Origin: the human T2T-CHM13v2.0 reference genome, Homo sapiens
Assembly (NCBI RefSeq): GCF_009914755.1
Contig: NC_060934.1
Strand: one strand, 5' to 3'
DNA: 64,000 nucleotides
Shown here: piece by piece, positions 28,825 through 43,081 of the stretch
Position numbering within the stretch: the stretch's first letter is position 1
How the letters are laid out: every line of letters starts with the position of its first letter
Translations under genes and position numbers: made by a program
The notes under the pieces: generated by a model
Databases searched by the model: none
Told to the model about the DNA's origin: nothing
The model's input: the letters and a program-made list of their open reading frames with translations, nothing else

Positions 28825-30444
28825 TAAAAGAACAATCAGAAGGCTGGTGCAGGAGGTAAGTAGTAGAGGAGACAAACTGGGGTCAGGTTGGAGATTATTT
28901 GGGGCATGAATAAAAGCATTTATATTGATTCTGGAGGCAGATTAGAGAACAAGTACATACAGAGGTGTGAGAGGCTAAGTGTATCATCTTGAATAAAGTC
29001 AAACTTCTCTTTGTGTTGGCATTCATCCTGTCTGCCAAGTATAATAGCTGAGTGTAACCCAAGGCATTTTAGAAATGTTAGAAGTGTCAGGAACCATGTA
29101 CCACACATAGACCTCAAAGCAATGTTGCTATATTAGTCTTTTTTCTTTAACTTACCTGTAATCATAAAATATTGATTTAAAAACCAAGACTACTAATATT
29201 TCACAACACTATATTCACTTCTAACATACTACTGTCAGGTTAACATTTGATAATTCCAATTAAAAGGGTTTAAAATTTTTATAGGATTTACCATGGCAGT
29301 ATCCCAAGGAAACATCGTACCACCCAGCTTGGCCAAGCACCTAGGCCATGTTTCAGCTGAGAATTTTTTTTTAAACTTCATTATATGAACATTTGGTGTC
29401 TCCTATAAACTGACAATCCAGTTTGTTAGAGATACATTATGCAAATTAGGAAATTAGCAACAATTTCTGATGCTAGTCATTACTATCCTATTCTCCACTT
29501 CAGATTTGCAAAAACGCAATGATGCAGTAAACTATACCAACGGATGTTTTGTTACGGCTATTAATGGACAATATTTTATTGTAATGTTAAATTTACTGCA
29601 AAACTTGGGAATTTACAATAGCATACATTATCCTACACAATCTAATATAATTCAATTTCCTTTGTCCTATGAGAAAAACAAATAAAGGCAAAATATATTG
29701 CAAACATACTCACTTGTGTGCTAACTTTACCATCTTATTAACTATTCAGTCAAATTCAGTATCACCCCAAATGCTGTGAACAAATTTCATATTCTTCAAT
29801 GGGAAATTGAAGAATTTTTGGACTTCATAATATTGGTGAACATTCTAAGCTTTAGCCATGTTTTTCTGCTTAATCTAATTTCACCATCTCTCCTCTGTTC
29901 ATTGATTATTCCTATTGTTACTCCACACACTGATGCCTAACTCCCACTCAAGAGGTACTAAGTGTATCAGAAGCCATTATTGTAAATGTGCAGTTCAAAT
30001 TTTTTCCTTTGCTGCACATTTGTTTATGGTTTTCTTTGTAGGGCCCTTTGACCATAGATTCTCATACCTAAATTCAACAACAAAGTCAGAAGTGCTTTTG
30101 TTTGGAACACCCTCACCATTGTCCTGAGGAGTCTACACAGAGCTAAAAAACCACTATGCAAAAGTTCAAGGGAAACCAGTTGATGCACTGTGGACTGAAG
30201 GCAGAAGCTGCTGACTTCTACATTTCAATAAAACTATTATGAATTGCATTTTAGAAAAAGGGCTTTGTTGCTGGTTTGTTTTGCTCTGCTGGTTTTGTTC
30301 ATGTGTTTGTTTGTTTGTTTGCTTGATTGCTTGTTTAGAGAGCTAAATTACTTCTGTAAAACTCATTGGCAGAAAGCAGAGGGCGAATAAAGCTGACCAT
30401 CTTATGTTGAAGAAAATCATATAAACACCAGGAGAGCATCATCA

Positions 30445-30862
<418 letters not shown>

Positions 30863-31444
30863 TCAAAATTTGGAGATAAAAGCGACAAACTTACAAAATG
30901 AAGTGCTGTTGAAGTACATGTACTGTTCTGGAATCTTTACATTGAACAACCACAGAAAGATAAATGTCAGAGAGGAGAACTCATCAATAACTGGCATCTA
31001 TTAGGGATTTTGAAATAATCATAAATGCCAGAGTTTAAAAGGATAATTTTCTTTGACTATGTGACTATCTCATAATTTTATACGATAAATTTCATGCAAG
31101 TATTTCTGACTCAGTCAAATCAATCTTCATCTTTACTGGACAAAAATATTCTGACCAATAAATTTTGCACACAACTATAGTATTATCTATATTAGCACTG
31201 CACAAGGTATAAATTCTGAGACTATATTCTCTATTGAAACACTATCAGCCAAATTCATTTTATAGCCCAATGAAAATAGGTGATTTTATAACAAAACCCT
31301 CCGTAACATACTTTTAAAATGTCTATCCACCTGGGAACTAAACATCCATTAAAATGCCCAAATCCTAATCTTCATGATCTTTGCTTATTTGGAGAAGCAA
31401 TTTATTTTTTGTTTTTGCTCTTTGCATAAATAATCTTATTTTAT

Positions 31445-31590
31445 CCATGCTGCAGGTGTTGTTAACCACATTTTATGTATGAGGAAGCAAGACTCACAGA
31501 GGTTAAAAACTTTCTTAATTTCACACAGCTATTAATTATAAACATCAGGACACAAATTGAGATTTTTCTGATTCTAGAGTTTATGTTATT
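31445..31590 (-). mobile_element. MIR SINE fragment
   Basis: 'cacattttatgtatgaggaagcaagactcacagaggttaaaaac...cacacagcta'. Confidence 0.7.
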
Positions 31591-31591
31591 T

Positions 31592-32810
<1,219 letters not shown>

Positions 32811-33098
32811 CAAAGAACCCAGAAATAAAGCCACATAACTACAACCATCTGATCCTCAACAAATTCAACAAAAATAAGCAAAGGAGAAAGGACGCCCCCA
32901 TTCAACAAATGGTGCTGGGATAACTGGCTAGCCATAGGCAGTATAATGAAACTGGACCCCTACTTTTCACCACACACAAAAATTAACTCAAGATGGATTA
33001 AAGAGTTAAACGTAAGACTTCAGGCTATTAAAAATCTAGAAGAAAACCTAGGAAATATCTTTCTTGACATGGATCTTAGCAAAGAACTTATGTCTAAG
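32811..33098 (+). mobile_element. Inverted L1 ORF2 segment joined to the L1PB-like element (5' inversion)
   Basis: Sense ORF2 sequence ([19 protein letters not shown] in ORF 32946..33152) directly abuts antisense ORF2 at 32810/32811. Confidence 0.88.
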
Positions 33099-33144
33099 TT
33101 GTTATTTATTTCCTTCTCTTCTCAGGGGCTTCTTGATGAAAGGA

Positions 33145-33550
33145 TGAGTTAGTCTGGATTCTCCAAGAATCAGATGCCAACACAGGATTAAACATGTAAG
33201 CATTTTGAGCAGGGTAGGAAAGGTACCAGAGCTACCAGATGCAAGTCTGATGCAGAGACAGTGAGGGACGTTTGGGTGGGAGCCTCCTAGAATTCACATT
33301 CTAAAGAAGGTTAATAAAGCCATTTGGGAGTCCTCAAGTCACAGTCATTCAATGAGAGGGGTCCATGAGTCTCAGGAACAAGTGTACCTTAGAACTCCTG
33401 CTGTGCTCAGTCATTGTCTGTGAACAGCCCTCAGAGAGCATGGCCAGGGTACAAACATAGTGATGAATATCAGAGCTCAGCAGCTGGAAACTCTGGCCAA
33501 CTACCGCCTCCATAATTGGAGGACCATTAGGTGTATTCACAGGGCTGCAA
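33145..33550 (-). mobile_element. LTR16-family (LTR16E-like) ERVL solo LTR
   Basis: 'tgagttagtctggattctccaagaatcagatgccaa', 'gggagtcctcaag', 'ctgtgctcagtcattg', 'cagagctcagcagctgg'. Confidence 0.7.
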
Positions 33551-34044
33551 AAAGGAACAATTCCCAATTGAACCTCTTACAAGTTTTGTCATATTTGGAA
33601 TATTATTAATCTCTCTGAGTCATATTGAAAGAAAAGAACTGTTATAGAAATAAATGTAATAAAATATGTGACAGTACCTACTGCAGTACCTATGCAAAGA
33701 TATTAGCTATTTGTTTTCCCTCTAACATCCAGTTGATTGCCTGTGTACAGTAGGTGGTTAAGTAAAGGTATTATATTTAAACATGTATACATAAATATAC
33801 GTAAGAAAAAACTATACCCACATGCAGTATGAATATAACTTCGTTTCAATTTCTCTGTTTAGAATTTAAAGAATATTTCTACTGAATTTCATGTTTTCTC
33901 TTTAAACTGAATTCATCCTGGTATATACCAATCTATATAATTTTCTTTTCTACCAAAAGAGGTATTTGACCAAGTGAAGTACTAGACTGACAAGGTTCTG
34001 TCTCTTAAAAACAAACAAAAATTACACATTTCTTTACCTGCTGT

Positions 34045-34510
34045 GTTTATTCGTTCATTTATGTTATTCATTCAACAAATATGTAAAACTCTGTGCTGGA
34101 ATCCATGCTAGGGAACCAGAAACAGACACTATTCCTACTTCTGCCTCCATTTGGCTTACAGTCTAGTAGGAAGAAATACTTTAGCCAAGGTTCACGCAAA
34201 CAAACCTGAAACTGCAGCTGCCACAGTGCTATGAAGGACAAGTGCAGTCTGTAATGAGATCCTATCATAGGTGGATTAGATGCAGCCAGGGAGATCAGCA
34301 ATCGATTGCTAGACAAGTGGTGCTGATGACGAATTTGGAAGGTAATAAGGATAGGAAAGAATGTCCAAAGCAGAAGAAACAAATTACACAAAGTCCAGTG
34401 GTGGGAAGAAAGATGTGGGAGAAGTTTCGTGTGGAGAACAAATAGGAGAGGAGCAGGTTGAGAAGCTGCAGACATGAGGAAGGGCCAGGAACATAGTGGT
34501 TACATAACTG
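34045..34510 (-). mobile_element. L2 LINE 3' fragment
   Basis: (TTCA)n-type tail 'ttcattcaacaaatatg' then 'ggcttacagtctagtagga', 'agtgctatgaagg'. Confidence 0.75.
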
Positions 34511-37500
34511 TCCCAAAAGGCTACAGCTGAAAAATAAACCTGGGTCCTATTCATGGATTCTCATCACACTGAATGAATTACCAGTGTCCATTTTGTCACT
34601 TTTGCTTTTAATCACTGTTATTTAAAAAAAAAAAAAAATAGAAGAAAGTAAATAGCAGAAAACAGGGAAAATATCAGTCAACCAGTTCCAAATCATTCAA
34701 TAGTATTTAAATGGCATAAGAAAAGTGATCAAAACTACCAAAACAGGTTAAGCCTCACTTGCTTTAAGCCTCTTGCTGATTCAATCTATCAATCCAACAT
34801 CTTAATTATTATTGGACCATATGGAAGGTAGTTATTCAATAATACGACAACATAATAAAAAGCTTTAAAATAAAAAAAATAGTAAATCTGCTAATCCAAT
34901 CTCACAGAGCAAAACATTTAAATGTCATTTGAGATATTATTCTCAGTTAAGTATCCTATTCCTGTGCTTATGGCATGACAATCCGATTCATGCAATTATT
35001 GTGGAGAAAGAGTAGTAAAAAGAAGCAATCATCCACTGGCTCAGAGACCACTATCATAGCTAAGACACCCTATGGATTAAAAGAGTCCTTAAAGCATAAG
35101 AGCACATTCAGAGTTTTATGTACAGTATAAATGCTTAGCTGTTTTTCAGTGTCAGGTGCCTACAGATTTGTGGTGTGTGGCTCATTGGCTGACGTGTTAA
35201 ATCCCCAAAGGTTACATCAAGCAGGCCCAAGACTTGTTTAAGAAAAATTGAGACCATGCCCTCAGTCTCTTAAGGGAGTGATATTACTAAGCAGAATACA
35301 TAATAAATATCTGCCTTCTTCCAGAAGAAACAGGAAATATTTTCCTATTTTCCTTACTGTTATTTCTTCAGGGAAAGATCTGATAGTTGGTAAAATGGGC
35401 CATAGGGTAGCTTCACTAAGCATTTCTAAGAATTCCGCTCTGAAAACTTGTCGGAAAAGAAAAGCAACAACAACAAACTAGTTAAACAGAAAACTGAGCA
35501 TATATTAGGATAAACAACGAAACAGAAAGTGCTAGGCAAATCACTAACTCTCCTAGGAAATTAAATGAAATTGAGATAAAGAACATTTGAAAGAAAGCCT
35601 TTGTATTAATTTTGTTTGGAAAACCAGGTATTGTTGAAGAGTCACCAGATACTTCTAAAAGTCACTATTTCATTTTAAAATGCATCTGCCTACACAATAT
35701 GCAATCCTTATTTGACCTAATTCTTTCAATAATTCATTAGAATGACTTTTGTCAAGAATGTAATGTGGATATATCCTTATACACATTTATATCCATGCAA
35801 ATCAAATTTTAGAATATGTTATAGTCTTCAACTCACCTGCAGCCATGATTGAAATCTGGGCCTTATTAGAATTTTTTTTTAAATTAGAGAAATTCTAAAT
35901 TCGGCCCTAACAATGTTTAACCTTAGCAGGATCAAGAAAGAGTATGGTTGCTGCCAGGTGTAAAGAAATGCAAAGATGGGCAAGCAAGCAGGAGCAAGGG
36001 AACAGAAATAGGAACAAGAGGAAAAAGACAAGAAAGAGAAGTCCCCAGGCACAGATAAGGAGGAAAAAGGTAACTTATAAACAGTTGTTCTGTGACATGC
36101 AAACTCTGGAGATTCTTATTAGGTTCTCTGCATAAACCTTTGCTTTCCTCAAGAACAGTTTTGTTTATTTTGTTCTTTTAAAGACTAGAGTGAGTTACCT
36201 GGGAAGCCCTGAGTCACATAATTCAAAAAGCAGTATTGCTCTCTGCCTTTCTCTGAAGACGCTCAGGACAGAGAAATGGACTGAGCTGCCTGACTTTCTT
36301 ACCTCTGCATCACCTGGCACCTGTCTTTCCCTCCTCTCACTCCTACTTCATGGTTGGCCAGCTTGTTTTGATAAGAAATCCTGCCTGTGTTCCTTTTGTG
36401 ACCCCATCCTGGACCTCAGTATGGTAAGGGTTTGGGCACTGTGTTCTGGCCTATTCTTAGCAATTCCTAACCAATAGATTGGCCAAGCCCCAAAACGTAA
36501 TGCCAACCTCAGAGTTTCTAAATAGATGGATCAGGGTATGGCGAGGGTTTAATAGGGAAGACCTAGGAAGCATCTCTTGAAACTGTTCTTTTGCACAGCA
36601 GGCACATTGCTTCTCACCTGAATTATATTTTCTTGAAGTGGACTGGGGCCAGGGATTAACTCCAGCTCTGATGCTGGCTCCAGCGTCTCTTTCACCAATG
36701 CCTGCTGCCTTTTATTACTATCTCATGAACTGTCACCTATCAATGCTTGCACTGGAGCCAGGAAAAGTGACAAGTTAGAAGCCTGATAAGATTCTCTCAC
36801 CATTTATCTGTGAGTTGGCCATTTACATTGCTCCTAGGGAAGCAATGAGGAAGTCTTTCTAAGAAAATAAATCCAGCTTTCCTGCTTCGGGCCTCATGAC
36901 CATTCTCAATTACTGACTTTTGAACTCAGTTTAGAATCACCCCTTTTTATTCCATATCCTCTATTCTTGTCTTGATTTAGAAAAATAGGAAACTCCAACC
37001 TTAGGAGAGTAATTTTAGATCCTATGCAAAATGCAAGAAAATGGATTCTATTTTTGTACCCAGATCTAACCCAGAGACAAGGAAAGTTTGTTTATAATCC
37101 AGATTTATAGAGATTTATAATGTTCAAAACTTAGAAATATTAAGTTTGAAAGTCTAAACCGTTAAAGTCGCTAAGGCACTAGTGCTTTGTATAATTTACC
37201 CACTACAGAAATGATTTGTTTCTATGGTGGGTAAGGAAAATGTAGTTTCAATAAATCGTTGGCAGTTCTTGCCAGGCACTCGGTTTTCGGAAGTCAGGAA
37301 AGGAAAGCAATAGCTTGGATACATTAAAGGAAGAAAGTATCACCACTCACCACTTCCATTGTCCCTTCATTTTTTTCCATGAATGGGCATTTTGGACTTG
37401 ATATCAAATCCTATCTTCCACATTTTTCTCTGTATACTTGTTGAAGTTTTTTGTCCGTTAAAACTCAGATAAATCTGTTAAATGTTTTAGAATACAATAG

Positions 37501-38184
37501 AGTTCTAAATCCGGCTCACGGCAGCCTCAACCCCCACTATTTGCAGCCTCAACTCCCACTATTGAAACGAGGCATCACACCCATGAAAACATATGAAACA
37601 GAGCAGTGCATACAATTTCACAAGCTTCACGGTAATTCAAAACGTTTGTAAATTCCATTTTTCCCCAGCACGCTGCCAGTATTCACAACAAATTAAATTC
37701 TCATTCAGCTGATCTGCTAGGAAGCATAACAAACAAGAGTGGGCATGAACCAAAGTGTCTTCCTTTTATTACTTTTTCTTACCATTTATTTTGATGTTCT
37801 AAATGGAGCTGCCCTCTGCCTGTCCATAGCCATTATAACCCTACCTGATTCTAGGAGCAACTGTGGTCAAGGTCGTCACATCACAGTCTCCTCCCACAAT
37901 AAACCATCTCTCTCATAATTCAGGCTGGCCCTGCAGTCACCACAGGGAACAGGTCCAACACCCTACTGGACCAGTAGAGGTGGCTTTTTCATACCTGTAC
38001 AGTGGCCCTAGCATGTGAGTTTTGGTGGGACACCTACTGCCAAAATTATTTTGGATAGAGCCCCCTTTGTGAATAGATTCATCCACCTGCCTGTTTTGCA
38101 AAGAAACTACAGAAAGATAAATGTGACTTTGTACAAACCAATAAAGTGATATTTATATTTTCTTAAATAATGTGAGTGGTAAAT

Positions 38185-38405
38185 TAACTATTTTTGAGCA
38201 ATAACTGTCAGGCACTGTGATTAGTGTCTTGTAGACTTTGTCATTTCATCATCTCAACAATTCTGTGATAGAGGTAGTTATTCTTACCATTTTACAGAAA
38301 CACATTCAAGACAGCCAAGTCCCCAAAGCCACAGAGCCACTAGTTGCAGGTTCTAGGATTTGAACCCACAACTGTCTGGCTCCAAAGGCTTGTGCTGTTA
38401 CCTGT
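38185..38405 (-). mobile_element. MIR SINE
   Basis: 'gtcaggcactgtg...caacaattctgtg...cattttacagaaa...ggatttgaaccca...tctggctccaaag'. Confidence 0.8.
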
Positions 38406-38694
38406 GTAGCCCCTTCCTAATCATGGTATTAAGACATTGATTTAAAGCATAATACAGCACCAACATTTACTACTATGAACCATGAACTTGCCTGGGCCAT
38501 TAATGAAAAGACTTTAAAACTCTGCTTATAAAAACCAAGCAAAGATAGTATCACTAGGAATCACAATATTCATCTTAAGACTTCTAAGCCACAGACCTCA
38601 CACTCGAAATAAAAGTATAAATCCCATCATAATGTTAACATTAACTTTATAAGGAACCAAAGTCTATGGATCGTATAAAGCAAATTAAGAATAC

Positions 38695-39395
38695 CTAGTC
38701 AATCATTCAGGCATCTATTCTCAATAAATCTTACCACACACTACTGTGTATTTAGCATCTTCCAGAGATCTTTGGGATGTACAAGAGTATATATAGCACC
38801 TGTTCTGCAAGTGACCTAGTAGAAGAGATAAGACAAATACCCATGAAGAGTTAAGTAATGATAAGAGTCAGGAATGCCAGCTGAATGACACAAATAATAG
38901 ATAGAATGAGCATACAACAGAGATAGAGCAATTATCTTGGACTCCTGTACTGGGAACACTCAGGAATAGATAGAGACAGAAGGCAGAGTGAAAATTATGA
39001 TGCAGAGGTAGACCTGGGCAACGCATGTTTAGAAAAGCATGAGTTTAATGCTGGAATTGGGAATTGAAGTTGAGTGTTCATGTTGGAGATAGATGCATAG
39101 GGATAAGCTTAGAAATGTAGCCTGGAGCCAAACAATAAAGTCTTACCTGACACATACTGGGAAATGTAGAGAGTATACATAATCAATGCTGGAGGAAGGA
39201 AGGTTGAAGATGTTGCAGCAAAGAACTGATATAAACCAGTGTTTAAAGAAGATTGTTCTGGCAGCAACGTTCAGAATGTACTATAGATGTCAGAGAACAA
39301 AACCAGGAAGACAGTATGGAGACAACTGCAGGTAATTGAACATGAAGTGATGAAGTCCAGGGAAGGAAAGTGAAGAGAATGAACTGAAAGTATGG
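38695..39395 (-). mobile_element. L2 LINE fragment (diverged)
   Basis: 'caatcattca...ctactgtgt', 'tttaaagaagattgttctggcagca', 'ggagacaactgcaggtaatt'. Confidence 0.55.
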
Positions 39396-39396
39396 T

Positions 39397-39743
39397 TGTG
39401 ATAATGCTCTGTGTTTATCAGGTCCCCTTTCATCCTCATCTACCTGGACACACATTCCCTAGTTAGCTCTGGACTATGAGCTATAAGAAAAAAGTAGGTA
39501 CAAGCTCTTTAGGTCTCTTTCTTTTCCATGTCATAGGGAACTAAAAGCCACATTTAAGAGTAAAGAGCCACAAGATGGTATCAGAGTGTATTCCCCAAGT
39601 CACTGCATAAAGAGAGCTACCCTGGAGAGCTGATGGACAGGCAGCTGACTTTGCACGAGCAAAAACTAGACTTGTGTATGTTCAGCTATTAATGTTTCAG
39701 GGTCTGTTACTCAAACATAGCCTAATCTCTTCCTACTAATACA
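39397..39743 (+). mobile_element. MLT1J-like solo LTR (ERVL-MaLR)
   Basis: 'gagccacaagatgg', 'gagagctaccctggagagc', ends 'catagcctaatctcttcctactaataca'. Confidence 0.7.
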
Positions 39744-42134
39744 AAGATAACTGTGTCAGAATTTATAGCTGTGCTCAGGGACTTTGATGACCCTAGTCTT
39801 GGAAATAAAACTAAAAATAGACAGCAGCTAGAATTTGCCAGTGACTTAAAAAATGGCACTAACACATCACATTTAGAGAATACCTGCTAGGCAATGAAAG
39901 CAATGACACTTTTTTTCTCCATTTGTGTTTCATTAGATTAACTGTGGGTTTTTTAATCATAATATTAATTAAGTCTTTGACAAAATTCAGAATTTCTTTT
40001 GCTCATAGCAAATGGCAGCCGTTTGCATAATAGCAGTTTTCCTAAAATGCTAAATTGGAAGCTAAGTAGAACTACACGTAACCCTGAAGTTACAGCCTTA
40101 CAACTCTTAGGAAGTTCTTTCAGTTTTCTAACTATATAATAATAGAATTAAAGTAGATAAGAAGGAAAATGCTATAAGACATTCATCTGCATGTGTCAGC
40201 ACAGGGCTAGCCATGGAGAATGTTGAATTAAGCAAGCAGAGTTTCATCCTGCCACTCAGTTCACACTCTACGTCAGCTGTCAGACACTATCAGGCAGCAT
40301 CCTGGGTGACCTACTGGCAGGTTTTTCCAAATCATTCTAATTACCCAATTCCAGTACCCATGGATGTTTCTACTCTTGGAGTCTCTAAAAGGAAGGAAAC
40401 AGGATGAAAACAACATAAGAAACAGTTTATATGAACTCAGTTCCAACATTACTCAAGATAATGCACTGGTGTTCACACACAAAGCCAAATAATCTGAGTT
40501 AAATGGTCTTCCAACATAGAAAATGCAGAACAAACAAGCAATTATATACAATCTATAAAGTCTATGAGTAATTGAGTGCAATTTATTTAGGCAAAAGCTA
40601 GCAGAGCTGTGTCCTCTGTCATGATGTAGCTGAATACCCTGTGTGCTGGATTATTCTTATCACAGTGGACAACCTCACAAAAATTCAGCCTACAAAGGCC
40701 TTGGCTTCAGTGATCAATTGAGGACTCACACCATATAACATGATTCTACTAGAAGCCAAGAGCACTTCATCTGTACCCAGAAACATATTCAAATAAATAA
40801 TAACTTTAGATTTGTGGTGCTTGTCATCTAATGTGCTGTTGTCATTCTTGGGTGTGGGCCCTTGGGTATAGGCTTTACAATATTCTAGTAAGGTGGCTGC
40901 AATGACACTGATCAGCAACTCTCTTTTTCAAAAGAGAAGATGCTCACAAAGCCTCCAGCAGGATTAAAAGAGCAATCTGTGATAATGCAATAGAATAAAG
41001 CTAAATAACTCACATGGAAACTAAATTCATAATCTTGGAAACTAAATTCATGATACACTAGGACTGAGCTTTTCTTTAACTAATAGAGCTAATTCTGAGA
41101 ACAATAACCAGGTAATGTACGATGACAAACTTCAAACTGCAAACTAAATTTTATACTATATCTTTATTTTAGACCAGGACCTAGCCTGAAATAGTTCAGA
41201 AAGCCTTAACAAATGACCTTCTCGAGTTGTGGAGGAGTGCCAAATACACATGCTGATTCTATGCTACATTAGGTCACTGGCATTTTCCAAGAGGACACCT
41301 ACAGATTCTCTACATAGGACATGGACATGAAAATGCCCTATACATATCAAAATATTTAGCAGCAACATGCCACTTTGGATAGCATTTTAAATCAGGTTCT
41401 TAGGGGTCTTTGGTGGGGGATAACGAAAGGGTGGAGACTTCATTACACTAATCCTGATCAGGCAAACCCAAAATGTACCTCATGTGGTCATGGAAACTAT
41501 TTGTTTTAATTCAAAATTAATTAAATTTGAGTTAGAGCAGAAAGGGAACAGTCCCATAGCTTTAATTGCAGACACTCAATACAACACAAAGACTGGCATC
41601 CCAGTGCTTTTGGCCTTGAATTTCGGCCATCAAAACCATTAGTCAATTCAGAGACAGAGCTTGAACACTTGACTGCCTACACTCAACCCCATCTGCTATG
41701 TGCACCATTGCCAATACACAGTCCAGTGTGCCAATGGCACCATGCATTGACGGTTCTTACAGAGCATGAAAGATGCTTACATACTTCCACCAAAGCAACA
41801 TGGTATCATTTCTCCTACTGGAAGAATATTCTACTTAAAAGCAACACTGTGAATCTGTACTTGCTTATTCCTTTCTTATTGCTTCAAAAAGTAGAATATA
41901 TAACAGCACAAAGGAGAGTTTGGGGTTTGAGCAAAGCAAGAATAATAAAATTAGAAGCTACAGAACAAATGAGTCAAATATATATTGAGAGAAGTGAAAT
42001 AATTTATCAAGGGGAAAAAGATGAAAGCACAAAAGCATGGAAACATAGGATGTAAATAATTGTATTTAGACTATTTTAACTTTGGCCTAATTGCTTTCAC
42101 AACTGTTATAGGAGATAAAATTATTAATCTAATA

Positions 42135-42310
42135 AGCAGTTCTTAACATATTAGGAATACCTAGGAGGTTTTTAAAAACCCCAGATGTGTGGGCACCATC
42201 TGGCCCCTAGATCAATTAAATCAGAATCTCTGGGGTGGGACCAGGCCTCAGGAATTTTTTAAGAGCTCCTGGAGATTGCAACGTACAGCCATGTTTTAGA
42301 ACTACTGCCT
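42135..42310. mobile_element. MER5A-like hAT-Charlie element
   Basis: 'cagttcttaac' ... 'caattaaatcagaatctctggggtggg' ... 'gcaacgtacagccatgttttagaactactg'. Confidence 0.8.
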
Positions 42311-42709
42311 TGAACAAAAGAATGAAGTATCAGTTGTAGAGACAATGTTGATTCACTGTACTGCAAGAAAGAAATAAGTATTCCTAAATATATGTATGAG
42401 AAAAGATGACTTACAAAGCTTGGAAAGTTTGCCTAAGGCCACCAGCTCATAGGTGGTACAGCGAGTGCTCAGATCCAGGACCTTACGTGGACTGACATTT
42501 TCACTAAGATGTACTGAAGCCTCAGGGCAGAGATCATGGAAGGACAGGCTGAGTGGGGGAAGAAAGCAAGTCTTTGGACTGAGGAGAGCTCTGATAAAAA
42601 TGTCACTTCACATCCATCTGCCACAGTGATTCCTACCATTTAGAAAGTTATGCCAAGGTCACCAGAAGTCCCAGATATAATGCAAAGCCTACAGTAATAA
42701 TTAAGTGTT

Positions 42710-42955
42710 ATTGTTATTACAACTACAAATTATCACACACCTGTTGCACCTAAAATGCTGTCTTCAGTGCCTTACATGTATGACCTCTGCTCTGCATTAC
42801 ATCCTGCAAGGTAGATACCAAAATGCCCATATTATGGTTGATTAAAGTGAGTGTTATAAAAGTTAAATAATTTTCCCAAAGTCCTTAATTATTAAATGGC
42901 AGAGCTAGGATATAAAATGGCTGCCTGCTCTTTTTTCATTTTTATACTATGTTGC
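42710..42955 (-). mobile_element. MIR SINE
   Basis: 'acatcctgcaaggtagatac...gttaaataattttcccaaagtcc...aaatggcagagctagga'. Confidence 0.65.
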
Positions 42956-43081
42956 CCAAAGGAGTTAAATATTTTAACACAACTACTCCTAATTATTTTA
43001 GTTTAGTTAGCAGTTATATCATCAGCTGAGGTCAGAAGATGTGAGAGAGATGAATTGAAGGCAAGGGTGGAGTATGTAAGA

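Noticed and set aside
41669-42055. 128-aa + strand ORF
   Set aside because: Non-ATG (TTG) start, no homology I recognise, and no exon boundaries.
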